From positions 53,382,001-53,446,000 of the forward strand of contig NC_043013.1 in assembly GCF_006345805.1 (NCBI RefSeq): a stretch of 64,000 bases of DNA, in the 5' to 3' direction. The DNA is from Octopus sinensis. Taxonomy: Eukaryota. The number at the start of each line of letters is the position of its first letter. Positions within the stretch are counted from its first letter, which is position 1. The notes beneath the pieces are model-generated. The model made no database searches. It had not been told where the DNA came from and worked only from the letters and a program-made list of their open reading frames with translations. This document shows positions 1 to 10,529 of this stretch, in pieces. Made by a program: the position numbers and the translations under genes.

Positions 1-24
1 ATATATATATATATATATATATAC

Positions 25-67
<43 letters not shown>

Positions 68-870
68 TACATATACATAAATATACGTAAATATGCATAT
101 CATTTATATATATATCTATATATATATATGCATACTTACATATATATCCATAAACATAATTATGTATACATACATTTATGTGTGTGTGTGCGCGCGCGTG
201 AGTATATGTATGTTTGTTTGTGTTACGTTGTAGATACGATGAGACGTGCATGTATATGAGTGTATATGTACGTGAATATTCATTTATGTGCGTATATATG
301 ATGTTTGCCTTCTAATTGCATGAGCTCTTAAAGATTTAATGAGAGTTTTAGTTTGAAAATAAAATTGAAGGAACATTGGTTAGCTTCAGTCTCATTAGTA
401 AGAACGAAACTGTTTGCAATAGTTTTCATTAGAGGAGACTATAAAACCGCTAATGGCCCTGTTGTGTCTGAGTTTGAACCGAAACACAAAGGTAATCTGA
501 AGCAAATTTTCACTCATTTCAACGTTAACCTTCATTTTTTGGAAAACTATTTAGAATTTAGGCAGGTAACCTACCTTGGAGTGCAACATGTGTCAAATTT
601 AGGCGTAAAATATTATCACAAAATCAAATTGATTTTTCTTTCCATTCTTGTTTCTTCGACATAGAAGAAAAAAATTCACTTTTTTCCTGGAAAGCACACA
701 TATGTTTATGTACACATACAGATGCGTGTGTATCATTACACACACACACAAACACACATATGTATGTGCGTGTGTGTGTGGTTGTATACAAATTGCGCCA
801 CTAGATTCAGTATTTGTTACTGAACAAAACACATATTGCAATTAGAGGATAACACTCAGATCCAGCAACA

Positions 871-1040
871 ATCGCCAGGGCTTTCCCTCAGGAGATTGTT
901 TTGGCCCCGCTCCCCCTTATATTCTATATAAAAGACATCCTAAGTGACATCAAACACGGGAAAATTAAGATATTCGCAGATGACTTCAAGTATGAAAAAA
1001 CTATGAATGGAGAAGACCGAAGTGAACTCCAGTCTGATCG
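871..1040 (+). mobile_element. CR1-type LINE reverse transcriptase fragment (degenerate)
   Basis: Manual translation from 871 gives IARAFPQEIVLAPLPLIFYIKDILSDIKHGKIKIFADDFKYEKTMNGEDRSELQSD. This resembles the non-LTR RT motifs GVPQGSVLGPLLF and FADD..LQ.D. It ends at the (TA)n at about 1050. Confidence 0.7.
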
Positions 1041-1240
1041 ATATGCTATGTATATATATATATATATATATATATAGTGACGTATATTTGCCATCTCAAT
1101 ATGGCTAACCCTAAGGGTGGATGCTACTGTAGTTTTTAGCCCCAGGAGGACACACTCCTCCAGCTGGCCATAGACACACTTTCTGTGTCCTGTCAGTATT
1201 TGCAAAGGGAAGTCATCCTTCCCGTCTTCAACTTATGATA

Positions 1241-1285
1241 CACACGGACTCGAGTTTCGAGGTATTGACCTCTCGTCAGCGTGTG
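1241..1285 (-). ncRNA. Type I hammerhead ribozyme, unit 1
   Basis: Minus strand reads CACACG-CUGACGA-GAGGU-CAAU-ACCUC-GAAA-CUCGAG-UC^-CGUGUG. It has a 6-bp stem I, the full CUGANGA core, a 5-bp stem II with G10.1-C11.1, GAAA, a palindromic stem III and a GUC cleavage triplet. Confidence 0.92.
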
Positions 1286-1592
1286 ACAATCATAGTTGTC
1301 GGCGAGAATTAGATTTCCTTCACAAATACTTATACTTTTTCCAGCGTCCACTGTCGCTGATATTGAAAAAGTGAAATCAAACAATGATAAATATCAAAGT
1401 GAGTTATATACAGTGGCGGTAACACATCGTGACGTATATTTGCCATCTCAATATGGCTACCCCTAAGGGTGGATGCTACTGTAGTTTTTAGCCCCAGGAG
1501 GACACACTCCTCCAGCTGGCCATAGACACACTTTCTGTGTCCTGTCAGTATTTGCAAAGGGAAGTCATCCTTCCCGTCTTCAACTTATGATA

Positions 1593-1637
1593 CACACGGA
1601 CTCGAGTTTCGAGGTATTGACCTCTCGTCAGCGTGTG
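1593..1637 (-). ncRNA. Type I hammerhead ribozyme, unit 2
   Basis: Identical 45-nt motif, 352 bp from the first. Confidence 0.92.
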
Positions 1638-1943
1638 ACATCATAGTTGTCGGCGAGAATTAGATTTCCTTCACAAATACTTATACTTTTTCCAGCGTCC
1701 ACTGTCGCTGATATTGAAAAAGTGAAATCAAACAATGATAAATATCAAAGTGAGTTATATACAGTAGCGGTAACACATCGTGACGTATATTTGCCATCTC
1801 AATATGGCTACCCCTAAGGGTGGATGCTACTGTAGTTTTTAGCCCCAGGAGGACACACTCCTCCAGCTGGCCATAGACACACTTTCTGTGTCCTGTCAGT
1901 ATTTGCAAAGGGAAGTCATCCTTCCCGTCTTCAACTTATGATA

Positions 1944-1988
1944 CACACGGACTCGAGTTTCGAGGTATTGACCTCTCGTCAGCGTGTG
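1944..1988 (-). ncRNA. Type I hammerhead ribozyme, unit 3
   Basis: Identical 45-nt motif, 351 bp from the second. Confidence 0.92.
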
Positions 1989-2059
1989 ACAATCATAGTT
2001 GTCGGCGAGAATTAGATTTCCTTCACAAATACTTATACTTTTTCCAGCGTCCACTGTCG

Positions 2060-2091
<32 letters not shown>

Positions 2092-2295
2092 ACAAAGTGA
2101 AATTGCAAGGCACCGCACGAGTGAAGATATATAGGAAAGAGGATATGAAAATGCAGAGGTATTTTAAAGCTGTTTATTGACTTGACCGGTTTCACATATT
2201 TAAAACGAAAGATTTTCAAACGTAAATGTAAGGCTTTGTGTAGCCATTGTTGTGTTAAAAAATGGTTATCATAGATGTATTAAAATACTGATTCT

Positions 2296-2620
2296 GAGAC
2301 CCCCTTCGGTCACGATACTGGCCATGGGATTGCACCTAGAAAGTTACCTTCCCAGGCACAAGGTTGTTTATGGAAGACCAGCAGTCGCCCATGCATACTG
2401 CCTCCCCTCTCCACGCCAACAATGTTATCCAAGGGAGAGGCAAAAGGGACCGATACAGCTTGGCACCTGTGACGTCGCAACTCATTTCTACAGCTGACTG
2501 AACTGGAGCAACGTGAAATAAAGTGTCTTGCTCAAGAACACAACACGCAGCCCGGTCCGGAATTCGAGCTCACAACCTCACGATCGTAAGCTCGATGCTC
2601 TAACCACTGAGCCATGCGCC
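2296..2620 (-). mobile_element. tRNA-derived SINE (family C here), full length
   Basis: Minus strand starts GGCGCATGGCTCAGTGGTTAGAGC (A box), followed by a B-box-like CTCGAATTCC. Closely similar to 53801-54131. Possible 10-bp TSD ATTAAAATAC at 2279-2288 and 2626-2635. Confidence 0.8.
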
Positions 2621-2809
2621 TTCACATTAAAATACAGTGATACAATATTTGACAATGATAAGAAAACGTTAAGAAATAGAATTTGTGACAATGATTAGAA
2701 AATGTTAAGAGGGTCTTTGTGTTTGAACAGTTTACAGAAAAGTGTTCAAAATAGGTTGTAAAGTAAATTCATATTTATAAGTTCATCAAAATTCAAGACT
2801 ATGTAGAAG

Positions 2810-2847
<38 letters not shown>

Positions 2848-3354
2848 GATACACGCATGCAAACGTGTGTGCGCGCGTGTGTGGGTGTATGTGGATGTGT
2901 GTGCGTGTGAATTTGTCTGTTCGTGTGCGTGTGTGTGTATCTTTGTGCGTGTGTGTCTGTGTGTACAAGTGTGTATGTATGTGCGTGAGTGTATGTGTGT
3001 GTGTGTGTGGGGGGGGTTCAGACATAGATGCGTATATGTCCGACTTTTTTCCTTCGTCTTCTACGGAACGTTTTAAACGAAACCTGAACAGACGTTAATC
3101 GAATATTGGAATAAGTAAAAGAGTCAATAGAATTTATGATTGGTATTGTTATGTCTTCAATTTTAATTGCTATATTAATGACTATGGCTATATTAAAAGC
3201 TAAGCAATGACAATATATAATCAGTCAAATCTAATTATTTCAAAACCACCAGAGAAAATTAGAATTTTGCATAATTTCGACGAAGTGCGATGAGGTGTCT
3301 CTATCGATTAGGCACTCACACACATATACTAAAATATATATATACACATACATA

Positions 3355-3462
3355 GTATTGCATCGGCAATACATTATACTAAAATTGGTACGAATACAGA
3401 GAAGTTTAGCATGGCCCCTGCGCAAGGATGACACGCAAATTCGTGAAGCGTTTCATATTTTT
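3355..3462 (+). ncRNA. U6: U6 spliceosomal snRNA copy (variant gene or pseudogene)
   Basis: Contains TATACTAAAATTGG, the ACAGAGA box, TTAGCATGGCCCCTGCGCAAGGATGACACGCAAATTCGTGAAGCGTT and a terminal CATATTTTT, matching metazoan U6 as I recall it. The 5' hairpin is GTATTGC-ATCG-GCAATAC. Confidence 0.93.
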
Positions 3463-3468
3463 AATATT

Positions 3469-3699
3469 GGCGGCGAGCTGGCAGAAACGTTAGCACGTCG
3501 TGCGAAATGCGTAGTCGTATTTCGTCTGTTGTTACGTTCCGAGTTCAAATTCCGCCGAGGTCGTCTTTGCCTTTCATCCTTTCGGGGTCGATAAATTAAG
3601 TACCAGTTACGCACTGGAGTCGATGTAATCAACTTAATCCGTTTGTCTGTCCTTGTTTGTCTCCTCTGTGTGTAGTCCCTTGTGGGTAGTAAAGAAATA
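3469..3699 (+). mobile_element. SINE family A (GGCGGCGAGCTGGCAGAA head), full length
   Basis: Many homologous copies in the window share GAGTTCAAATTCCGCCGAGGTCG (B-box-like) and CCTTTCGGGGTCGATAAATTAAGTACCAG. Confidence 0.8.
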
Positions 3700-4710
3700 T
3701 ATACACACAGACATGTATATATTTTTTCCTTGTCTTTTACTTCATTGCAAAGAACTTAAAAATGCAAGGGCTCCCAGCAGAAAACTCTGCATACCGGATG
3801 GTAGCAAGCTTATGATATCATAGGCCTTCTCTCTTGTTACTATTGTATACCGGTCTCTCTCACTGAGATGAGGCGCAGCTTGCCAGATCAACTGGTTATT
3901 AAATTCCGCTCAATATTCTTCTCACTGTCTCTTTTTAACCAAATCCAGTGTGTTGTGTTCCTCCAGCGTAGTCTGGATATCGGTCATGATGTCATTTGCT
4001 TTACGACGAGTTATAACTAGCGACAACAACCATCGCTCCACACTTTTTCCAATCAATCTTCTATATCGAACTTCGATTGGATAATGCTCTGCTTTCTAGC
4101 CTGCATCTTCATGTTCCTCGAGAACGTGTACATAACGGATGGTCTTTTGGGTCCAAGCAGCATCTATGTTATCCTCATGAGGAAGCGTTCACTTGACAAG
4201 ATTTACTGTTTTCTTGTTTTCCTATACCACATACATACATACAGAGAGAGAAAGAGAGAGAGAGAATGAGAAAGAGACAGACAGACAGACAAACAGACAG
4301 TTAGACAGAGAGAGAGTACATGTGTATTCATTTCACATGTATACACTTGCATAATAGGAGCGTATGTATGTATGTATGTAAATATATTTTTTACTCTCAA
4401 ACAAAAATTTTATTGATAGGGACTTCGAAGTTTCGACCTGTTAATATTAAATTGTTTTTATTATAACTGAACATAAAAACAAACATATACCTATATACAT
4501 ACACACACACATATATATATGTTCATATACACACATAGACACGCATATGTATGTGTATGTATATATATATATTATATATATATATATACACACATATACA
4601 TATATGTGTGTATGTGTGAGTATATATATATATACAATGTCTATATATATATATGCATACATATATTCATAAATATATGTATGCTTGTGTGTATGCATAT
4701 CTCTCTCTAT

Positions 4711-4753
<43 letters not shown>

Positions 4754-5200
4754 TGTGTGCGTGTATGTGTGTATACACATATGCACACACATACACACAC
4801 ACGCATACACATATGCGATCATCCCTTGTATGTGATTGTGTAACTGTGTGTTTGTTTTGCCTGTGTATGCAAATACAGAGAATGAAATGAAATATATTTT
4901 TTATGCATTTTTATCAGTGAAAAGCAAAATAATTAATTATGAGCCTTAATAGAAAAGAAACGATGGAATAGATTTTAACTAAATGTATTTTTTTCATCTT
5001 AAATTACATTTTATTGATAATTTATACTTTACTACATTTGATTGTATTTATTTATACGTTCGTTCTATTTTCCTCGCATACAAAATATTCCCATTTTGAG
5101 ATCCGTTATTTTTCGGTTCTTTTATTCTTTGAAAATAAAATGAGTCGTACAATGTTATCGAAAGCGGGATGAACACTGTAGTAAAATTCTATGGCGGAAT

Positions 5201-5570
5201 GAGCAATGGCCGAGTGGTTAGGGCAGCGGACCCGCCGTCGTAGGATCGCGGTTTCGTTTCTCAGCCCGGGCGTTGTGAGTGTTTATTGAGCGAAAACACC
5301 TAAAGCTCCACGAGGCTCCGGCAGGGGGTGGTGGCGAACCCTGTACTTTGTCATCACAACTTTCTCTCACTCTTTCTTATTGTTTCTGTTATACATCTAT
5401 TTCAAAGGGCAAGTCCTGTCACACTGTGTCACGCTGAATCTGCCTGAGAACTACGTTAAAGGAACACGAGTCTTTGGAGTGCTCAGCCACTTGCACGTTA
5501 ATTTCTCAAGCAGGCTGTTTTGTTGATCGGATCAACCCGAAGCATCGTCGTCGTAATCGACGGAGTGCCA
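5201..5570 (+). mobile_element. tRNA-derived SINE family D
   Basis: Head TGGCCGAGTGGTTAGGGC. The 3' half (GTCACGCTGAATC...CGTCGTCGTAATCGACGGAGTGCC) is shared with 12586-12901 and 34829-35137. Confidence 0.75.
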
Positions 5571-5641
5571 CGATAATTCTATGTCAAATGAGCACTATGC
5601 AAAACTCGTAGCTGAAATAAAGATTATGATAATAATAATCG

Positions 5642-5875
5642 TTTCCAAATTTGGCCACAAGGGCAGCCATTTTGTGGGAGGGGACAAGTCGATGGCATGG
5701 ACTCCAGGGTTTCACTGGTACTTAATTTATCGACCCCGAAAAGAGGAAAGCCAAAGACGAACTAGGCAGAATTTGAACTCAGAACTTAGCGACGGGCGAA
5801 ATACCACTAAGCATCTTGCCCGGTGTATTAACGATCCTTCCAGCTAGCACCTTAATAATAATAATAATAATAATA

Positions 5876-5921
<46 letters not shown>

Positions 5922-6490
5922 CCTTTCTATTAAAGACACAAGTCCTGAGATTTGGTGGGAGGGGATAGTCGATCCCATCGACCCTAGCGTGACACTGGTA
6001 CTTAATTTATCAACCCCGAAAGTATGAAAAGCAAAGTCTACCTCGGCGGAATTTGAAATACCTATTTATTTACTACCCACAAGGGGCTAAACTCAGAGGG
6101 GACAAACAAGGACAGACAAACAGATTAAGTCGATTACATCGACCCCAGTGCGTAACTTGTACTTAATTTATCGACCCCGAAAGAATGAAAGACAAAGTCG
6201 ACCACGGCGGAATTTGAACTCAGAACGTAGCTGCAGATGAAATAACGCTAAGCATTTCGCCCGGCGTGCTAACGATTCTGCCAGTTCACCGCCTTTACAA
6301 TAATGATAATAATTATTTATTTCCTTATTGCCCACAGAGGGCTAAACATAGAGGGGACAAATAAGGACAGACAAGGGGATTAAGTCGATTACATCGCGCC
6401 AGTGATTAATTGGTACTTATTTAATCTACCGCGAACGGATGAAAGACAAAGCCGACATCGACGGAATTTTAACTCAGAACGTAACTCACG
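5642..6490 (-). mobile_element. Cluster of four co-oriented SINE family A copies or fragments
   Basis: The motif GTACTTAATTTATCGACCCCGAAA..AAAG..AAAGTCGACC.CGGCGGAATTTGAACTCAG recurs at about 5720, 6000, 6160 and 6415. An (AAT)n separates the first two. Confidence 0.75.
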
Positions 6491-7244
6491 GAAAATATTA
6501 AAAATGTAGTCATCTGTAAATAACGACTTGATTTAATAACTATCAAATAATTCTGTATAAGCAGGACCCTGGGAAATTCTGCGAAATACAAAGAATGAAA
6601 ATTTAGTCCTAGTGTAGAAGTTGAAAAAGTAACAGCCAATATTTGCTGTGGTTATATATCTGTCTACGCTGAAAATACGGAAAAACATTTAAAAACATAA
6701 AATGAACGCCACTTTCCTTTCACTCACCACTCATTGTCTCGTTCTCTCTCTCTCACTCTTTTTCTTTCTCTCACACTCCCTCTCTATCCCTCATCTCACT
6801 CGCTATGCCACCACCACCACTATCACCATAAAGACGTTGACAACCGGTGTTGGTTTGTTTACATCTCTGTACTCGAGCACTTCAGCGAAAGAGATCAACA
6901 GAATAAGTAGTAGGTTTTAAAAAACGAGAAAAAAAATAACTCCTGAGGGCGATTTTGTTAGTCTAAAATCCTAACAAGGCGGTGCTCCAGCACGGCCGCA
7001 GCACGATAACTGAAACAAATAAACGAAAAGAAAAGAAGATATTATTGTAAAACTACTATACTATATAACACTATGTAAAATGATGACTATTCTATAACTC
7101 TAAATAAATTCTAGTGTATCTATAACTCTGAGCTGAATATTACTGTTAGGAATGTAGGTGAAAGAACGATCGTATCAAACCTATGAAAAAGATAACTACC
7201 ATACTATAAATATGATACAAATATTATCCTATAAGTCTTCACTG

Positions 7245-7310
<66 letters not shown>

Positions 7311-7577
7311 AATTATTATTATTGTTATTGTTGTTGTTGTTGTTGTTGTAATTATTATTATTATTATTGTTGTTGTTGTTGTTATTATTATTATTATTAT
7401 TGCTGTTGTTATTATTATTATTATTAATATTGTTGTTGTTGTTATTATTATTATTATTGTTGTTGTTATAATTATTATTACTACTACTATTATTATTATT
7501 ATTATTAGTAGTAGTAGTATTATTATCATTATTATTATTATTATTATTATTACTATTATTATTATTATTATTATTAT
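7245..7577. repeat. Compound (ATT)n/(GTT)n microsatellite
   Basis: Directly visible. Confidence 0.95.
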
Positions 7578-8089
7578 GATCGTTATTACTGGTGACATAA
7601 ACGTACTGTGTTGCTGTGCTAAGTGCAATAAATATTTTACACTATGTTTTATTTCGCTATAATTATACCTTGCGCTGAATAGATGTACTTATTTCTTGGA
7701 AGTGGAGGAAATTGTTACTATTAAAGTTAATTTTTCTTTGAATAACATTATCGATATAAATCACATCAAATTACTAATGATGATAATATTCAAAATCATA
7801 AATCCCACATATTATAACTTGAATATGATGTCATCGATCCTTTATAGTGAAATTATTGATTAATTGCAGTTTTCAATACCAATCAATGCCTTTTTCTAAA
7901 CGTATCTCTGTGGTGAAGAAGGCATCTCAAGGGCAGCAACCAATGGTGAACATTATACTTCCAGTGACGACAGAGATCGTGGTTTTAGTGTACAACTAGG
8001 GTTACCCACTCCACAGCCTTGGTTTTAAGATTTAGGCAGTTGCGTTTCATTTGAAATATTTGACTGCTATTTCTAGCAAGACGAATCTT

Positions 8090-8645
8090 CATAGATGAAG
8101 AAGGGGAAAGGGATAGGAGGAGGAGGTGGAGAAGAAGAAGGAGGAGGAGGAGGAGGAGAAAGAGAAAGAAGACAAGAAAGGGGAGAGGGGAGGAAGACAA
8201 GAATAAAGCAAGAGGAGAGGAAGGAGGAGGAGGAGGAGGAGAAGGGGGAGGAGATGGGGAGAAGAAGGAGGAGAAGGAGGAAGAAGACAAGAAGAAGATG
8301 AAGAAAAGGAAAAGAAGGAGGATGATAAGAAAAAAGGAGGAGGAGGAGGAGAAGGAAAAGGAGGAGAAGGAGAAGGAGGTGTGTAGGAGGAAGTGTGGAG
8401 GAGGAGGTGAAGAAGAAGGAGAAGAAAGAGGACGAGAAGAAGAAGAAGAAAGAGGACGAGAAGAAGAAGAAGAAGAAGAAGAAGAAAAGAAGAAGAAAAA
8501 GAAGAAGAAGAAGAAGAGAAGAAGAAGGAGAAGAAGAAGGAGAAGAAGAAGGAGAAGAAGAAGAAGAAGAAGAAGAGAAGAAGAAGAAGAAGAAGAAGAA
8601 GAAGAAGAAGAAGAAGAAGAAGAAGAAAGAAGAAGAAGAAAATTA
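8090..8645. repeat. Polypurine (GAA/GGA)-rich tract of about 550 bp
   Basis: Directly visible. It accounts for the E/K/R-rich and S/L/F-rich pseudo-ORFs. Confidence 0.95.
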
Positions 8646-9238
8646 TAAACTATTGCGGTATTTCTATTTGATGGGGTCATTAGAGCTGAGGAGAGAAGTT
8701 GTTTGATTACAACCGGAAATGCTCGGCTCGTTGTAGACTTACATCAGCAGTGAACGTCATCTGCAACCGAGAGAAACTATTGATTGGCGTCGTTCATCAT
8801 AGATTCCAATGCCAGATCAGTGTGGTGCCTCTTTGTCAGGATATTGGTCTTGTATTATCGTTTCAACTTCAAACAGTTGTTGTCCTCCGGGTAAGAAGCA
8901 CAGCACAGTCAACCAGTTCGTCAATAAAAGCAGTAGACATGCTTCTACGAAACAGTTTATAATCGTTAATTTCATCGCCCTCCGTTCTACGCTCAAACCT
9001 TCCGTGCGCGACTATGTCGTCTGCTCGTGTCTCTGTACAGTTACAGCTTTGTCAGTGGGCGAAGGCACAATGCCCATGAGGCATTTCCTTGCTGGGGGGA
9101 AGAGGAGAAGAAATTATATATATATATAAATGTAAAAAAAACACTAACTGGGACAAGAACGGAAAACATTTAGATGACGATACAAAAAAACGGACGGGAC
9201 ATTCGAAGCCTTCAATCTTCAGTCAATATTATATATAT

Positions 9239-9299
<61 letters not shown>

Positions 9300-9357
9300 T
9301 ACATTATATCTATAAATATATTATATATATATATATATATTATATATATATATATAC

Positions 9358-9419
<62 letters not shown>

Positions 9420-9664
9420 TGTATATATATATGACTGGTTACTGACAGATTTTTAATGGCTCTGTGGGATATTATCCCATATATACTGTTATATCATATT
9501 TTACCCGTTGAAAAAAATATCTTTCTTCTACTTTGTAATATATATATATATATATATATCTATATATAGATATATATATATATATATAATATATATATAT
9601 ATATACATATGATTATCTGTATTCATGTTTCTGTGTATGCATATATGTTTGTATTTATGTATGT

Positions 9665-9934
9665 ATTGTTCAGTTTTATTTCAAGATTTCTTGCCAATAG
9701 AGAAAGAGCCGGTTTCTAACCCAGATCCAAGGCTTCTTCATTGGAATTCCAACATCAACAACAGGGTATTTTTGTCTGTATGTATGTATGTATGTATGTA
9801 CGTATGTATGTATGCATGTATGTATGTATGTATGCATGTATGTATGTATGTATATATGTATGTATGCATGTATGTATGTATGTATGTATGTATGTATGTA
9901 TGTATGTATGTATATATGTATGTATGCATGTATG

Positions 9935-9968
<34 letters not shown>

Positions 9969-10480
9969 TGTATGTATGTATGCATGTATGTATGTATGTA
10001 TATATGTATGTATGCATGTATGTATGTATGTATGTATGTATGTATGTATGTATGTATGCATGTATGTATGTATGTATGTATGTATGTATGCATGTATGTA
10101 TGTATGTATGTATGTATGTATGTATGTATGTATGTATGTATGTATGTATGTATGTATGTATGTATGCATGTATGTGTGTGCAGATTTGTATGTTTTGCTT
10201 TATGTATGAATTCTGATGCATGTAGTTGCATATCTAGACATGCTCATATACATTTATATGATATAAACGTCTGGAAAGTTTTACAGTTCCAGGGATTGAT
10301 TGGATCTGTAGTCTTCGAATTAGGTTTCTCCTTTCTGGTTTTGAGAATCCGAATTTCTCAAGATTGGTATTTAAGCAGTATGTTACATATCCCAGGGCCC
10401 CAATAATTACAGATATAAGCCTGAAATTGTAATCTGGATAGAGTAACTGCAGATTTCTCAATAGTTCAGTGTAGATATTC
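9665..10480 (-). mobile_element. 5'-truncated non-LTR retrotransposon 3' end (restriction-like endonuclease type) with an internal (CATA)n expansion
   Basis: The ORF-track translation SKKENIYTELLRNLQLLYPDYNFRLISVIIGALG...IQSIPGTVK resembles the RLE-LINE C-terminus (K..KY..L...IP(V/I)IIGALG). The 3' terminal ~100 bp recurs at 14321-14410 and 35235-35335. About 400 bp of (ATGT)n lies at 9778-10175. Confidence 0.65.
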
Positions 10481-10529
10481 TCTTTTTTACTGATCCATGT
10501 CTGTATGTTTGTATGTATGTATGATAGAG

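Larger units (their letters stand above)
1077..2065 (-). mobile_element. Tandem array of about 2.8 x 351/352-bp units, each with a hammerhead ribozyme (non-LTR retrozyme-like)
   Basis: Units start at 1077, 1429 and 1780 (GTGACGTATATTTGCC). I saw only 3 differences among units (two substitutions, one 1-nt deletion). (TA)n flanks both sides. One hammerhead per unit. Confidence 0.85.

Noticed and set aside
433-491. Candidate 59-bp exon (TTTTCATTAG|...AAAG|GTAATC) encoding GDYKTANGPVVSEFEPKHK
   Set aside because: Plausible splice signals, but no recognisable homology and no partner exons. It cannot be supported without RNA data.
1330-1908. Repeated 75-aa ORFs (MQILTGHRKC...) in the tandem units
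   Set aside because: They start at TTG, show no recognisable domain, and recur only because the DNA is repeated. The RNA structure explains the unit better.
1077-2065. CRISPR-like or MITE interpretation of the tandem array
   Set aside because: There are no unique spacers. The only inverted match (CAGTGG/CCACTG) is 6 bp and does not bound the array.
3780-4190. Complex segment that might be a decayed coding or LINE relic
   Set aside because: No diagnostic motif could be read in any frame.
8660-9060. Possible LINE RT relic on the minus strand (VADDV)
   Set aside because: A single short motif amid stops is insufficient.
9690-9750. GAAACCGG motif in the (CATA)n LINE terminus as a hammerhead
   Set aside because: There is no CUGANGA strand, no stem I pairing, and no U at the 16.1 position.
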